Assembly: GCA_043228905.1 (NCBI GenBank)
Contig: JBHGNT010000012.1
Coordinates: 9,052,001-9,116,000, forward strand
Direction of reading: 5' to 3'
Length of the DNA: 64,000 nucleotides
DNA from: Azolla caroliniana
Lineage: Eukaryota; Plantae; Polypodiophyta
Shown here: piece after piece, positions 62,601 to 64,000 of the stretch
Numbering within the stretch: position 1 is the first letter of the stretch
Layout: every line of letters begins with the position of its first letter
Program-made: the position numbers and the translations under genes
Notes under the pieces: model-generated
The model's database searches: none
The model's input: only the letters and a program-made list of their open reading frames with translations
Told to the model about the DNA's origin: nothing

Positions 62601-64000
62601 TCATCCCTGCGCGGTTCTGCGGCATGACAGGGGGTCTAGGGTACACGTGGCCGTATTCGTGGAGCACACGAGCAATCTCGCGGAACAACATATCTCCGCC
62701 GCCCTGTGTCTGGTAGCCCTTGCTGGCTAGAGAGTACTCACCAAAATACCTGATGAGTTGCTCCGGGGTTGGATTGTCAATCGTGAGTATGCCTCCCTCC
62801 GGAAGGCCTGTTAACGCTCGAATCGCCTCTGCCGTTATGACCTCTGTGTTGATTTCTTTGATCACTTTGTCGGCTTCTTTGTGTGGCGGTACTTCCATAA
62901 TCATCAAGAAGCCCTCGAGCTCGTGTTGCTTTAGCCATGTCTTGGCGGCTTCCGACAACGTTTGCGGGTCCATGTCTGTGTCGAGGTCGGATTGCGGTGG
63001 CGAGGTTGGATGGTGATGAGAGTGAGATTGAGAGAGAGAGAGTTCAGAAGGCGGGGGTTCTCTGTGCGTAGGTTCTCGTCTGATGATCTTGCAGCGTCTT
63101 GGTGCTTCTGTGCTCCTGGGTTCGCGAAAGTAAAGGGTCTCTATGCGCAGTGGTTTTTGTCTGTGCATTCTGGCGCCTTTTTCGAGTGTGTGCATGTCGT
63201 GTACTAAAATAGCATTATGTCCTGTGGTGGCGCTTTAAATGCCCACTACGTACCTTTTCGCTCCTCGCTCTTTCATCCATTCATTCCTCGCATTTGCATG
63301 ATTGTTTTTTTTTTTTTGTTCTTATTATTATTAGTGTGACGTTACTTGTCCGTTAGTCCTCTCGGGCCCTTACCGGCCTCATTCTCCCCAGTTACCGGCT
63401 CGCCGTCTCCGCCGTCTTGGTGGTTGCCGTTTCCCTCACTGGTGTCGGTCCTTTGCTCAAATGGGTTCTTAGGCATCGGTCCTCTATATGGCTTCAATCG
63501 GAATCCGTTGACCCATTTGCCTAGCACTTCGCCGGCAAGTGTCCCTAATTGGTAGGACCCATTATACTCCCGTGTTAGCCAATACGGTCCGGTCCATCTA
63601 AACCGTAGTTTACCCGGCATCTTGCCCATCCGGGTCTGAAATACTAACACCGGTTTGCCGATTGCGAACATTTTTTCGTTTCCTTTCCTGTGCCGGTCGA
63701 CAAATGCTTTCCATCGCCGTTGTTCCAGTTCTAAGTGCAAGATGCTTGCCAGTTGTTGTTCCTCGAGTTCACACAGCGCTGTCAACCGTATTGCCTCTGA
63801 CTCCTTCTCGTTCAGCCGTTCCCGTAGCTGGATCCGTAAGCTGGGTACTTGGAATTCCACCGGCATTACCGCCTCTAGTCCGAACACTAACCGGAATGGT
63901 GTTGTTCGGATGCTCGTCTTGTATGCCGTCCGGTATGCCCAAAGTGCGCTATGTAGCTTGGTATGCCAATCTGTTCGGTTTTCGTTGACGATCTTCCAGA
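59691..64000 (-). mobile_element. Copy C of non-chromovirus gypsy: INT (runs off window), extra ORF split by a solo LTR, partial inverted PBS
   Basis: INT 63342-64000; extra ORF pieces 63195-59729 ending LEQSILDILDEE*. Confidence 0.9.
61285..61759 (+). mobile_element. Solo LTR related to the array and PGK-intron LTRs
   Basis: TGTTA...TAACA; TSD GGCTA at 61280-61284 and 61760-61764; shares tataaatatgaggc.tagc.accctcat and ggggtggtcgggtgga. Confidence 0.92.

Overview
Eukaryotic land-plant nuclear DNA, probably a seed-free plant such as a fern, lycophyte or bryophyte (inference from the TE types, not proven). A two-gene island is flanked by blocks of nested, decayed retrotransposons. The genes are an intronless double-trihelix (GT-2-like) transcription factor (+, 25647-27227) and a convergent 6-exon plastid phosphoglycerate kinase (-, 29262-34484). 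The left block is a Copia relic interrupted by a Tcn1-like chromovirus, itself interrupted by a second chromovirus, whose junction has been amplified into 8 apparently identical 1321-bp tandem units (5561-16125). The right block holds L1 and Copia relics, solo LTRs and five pieces of a non-chromovirus Ty3/gypsy family that carries a ~1000-aa extra ORF after integrase. The most striking observation concerns this family: in four copies the 3' end has no polypurine tract and instead carries an inverted, extended tRNA-Arg primer-binding site with a covarying 13-nt hairpin (LTR junction intact in three copies, truncated in the fourth). This suggests either antisense-genome replication or tRNA priming of both strands. 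All calls were made by eye; no searches were run.
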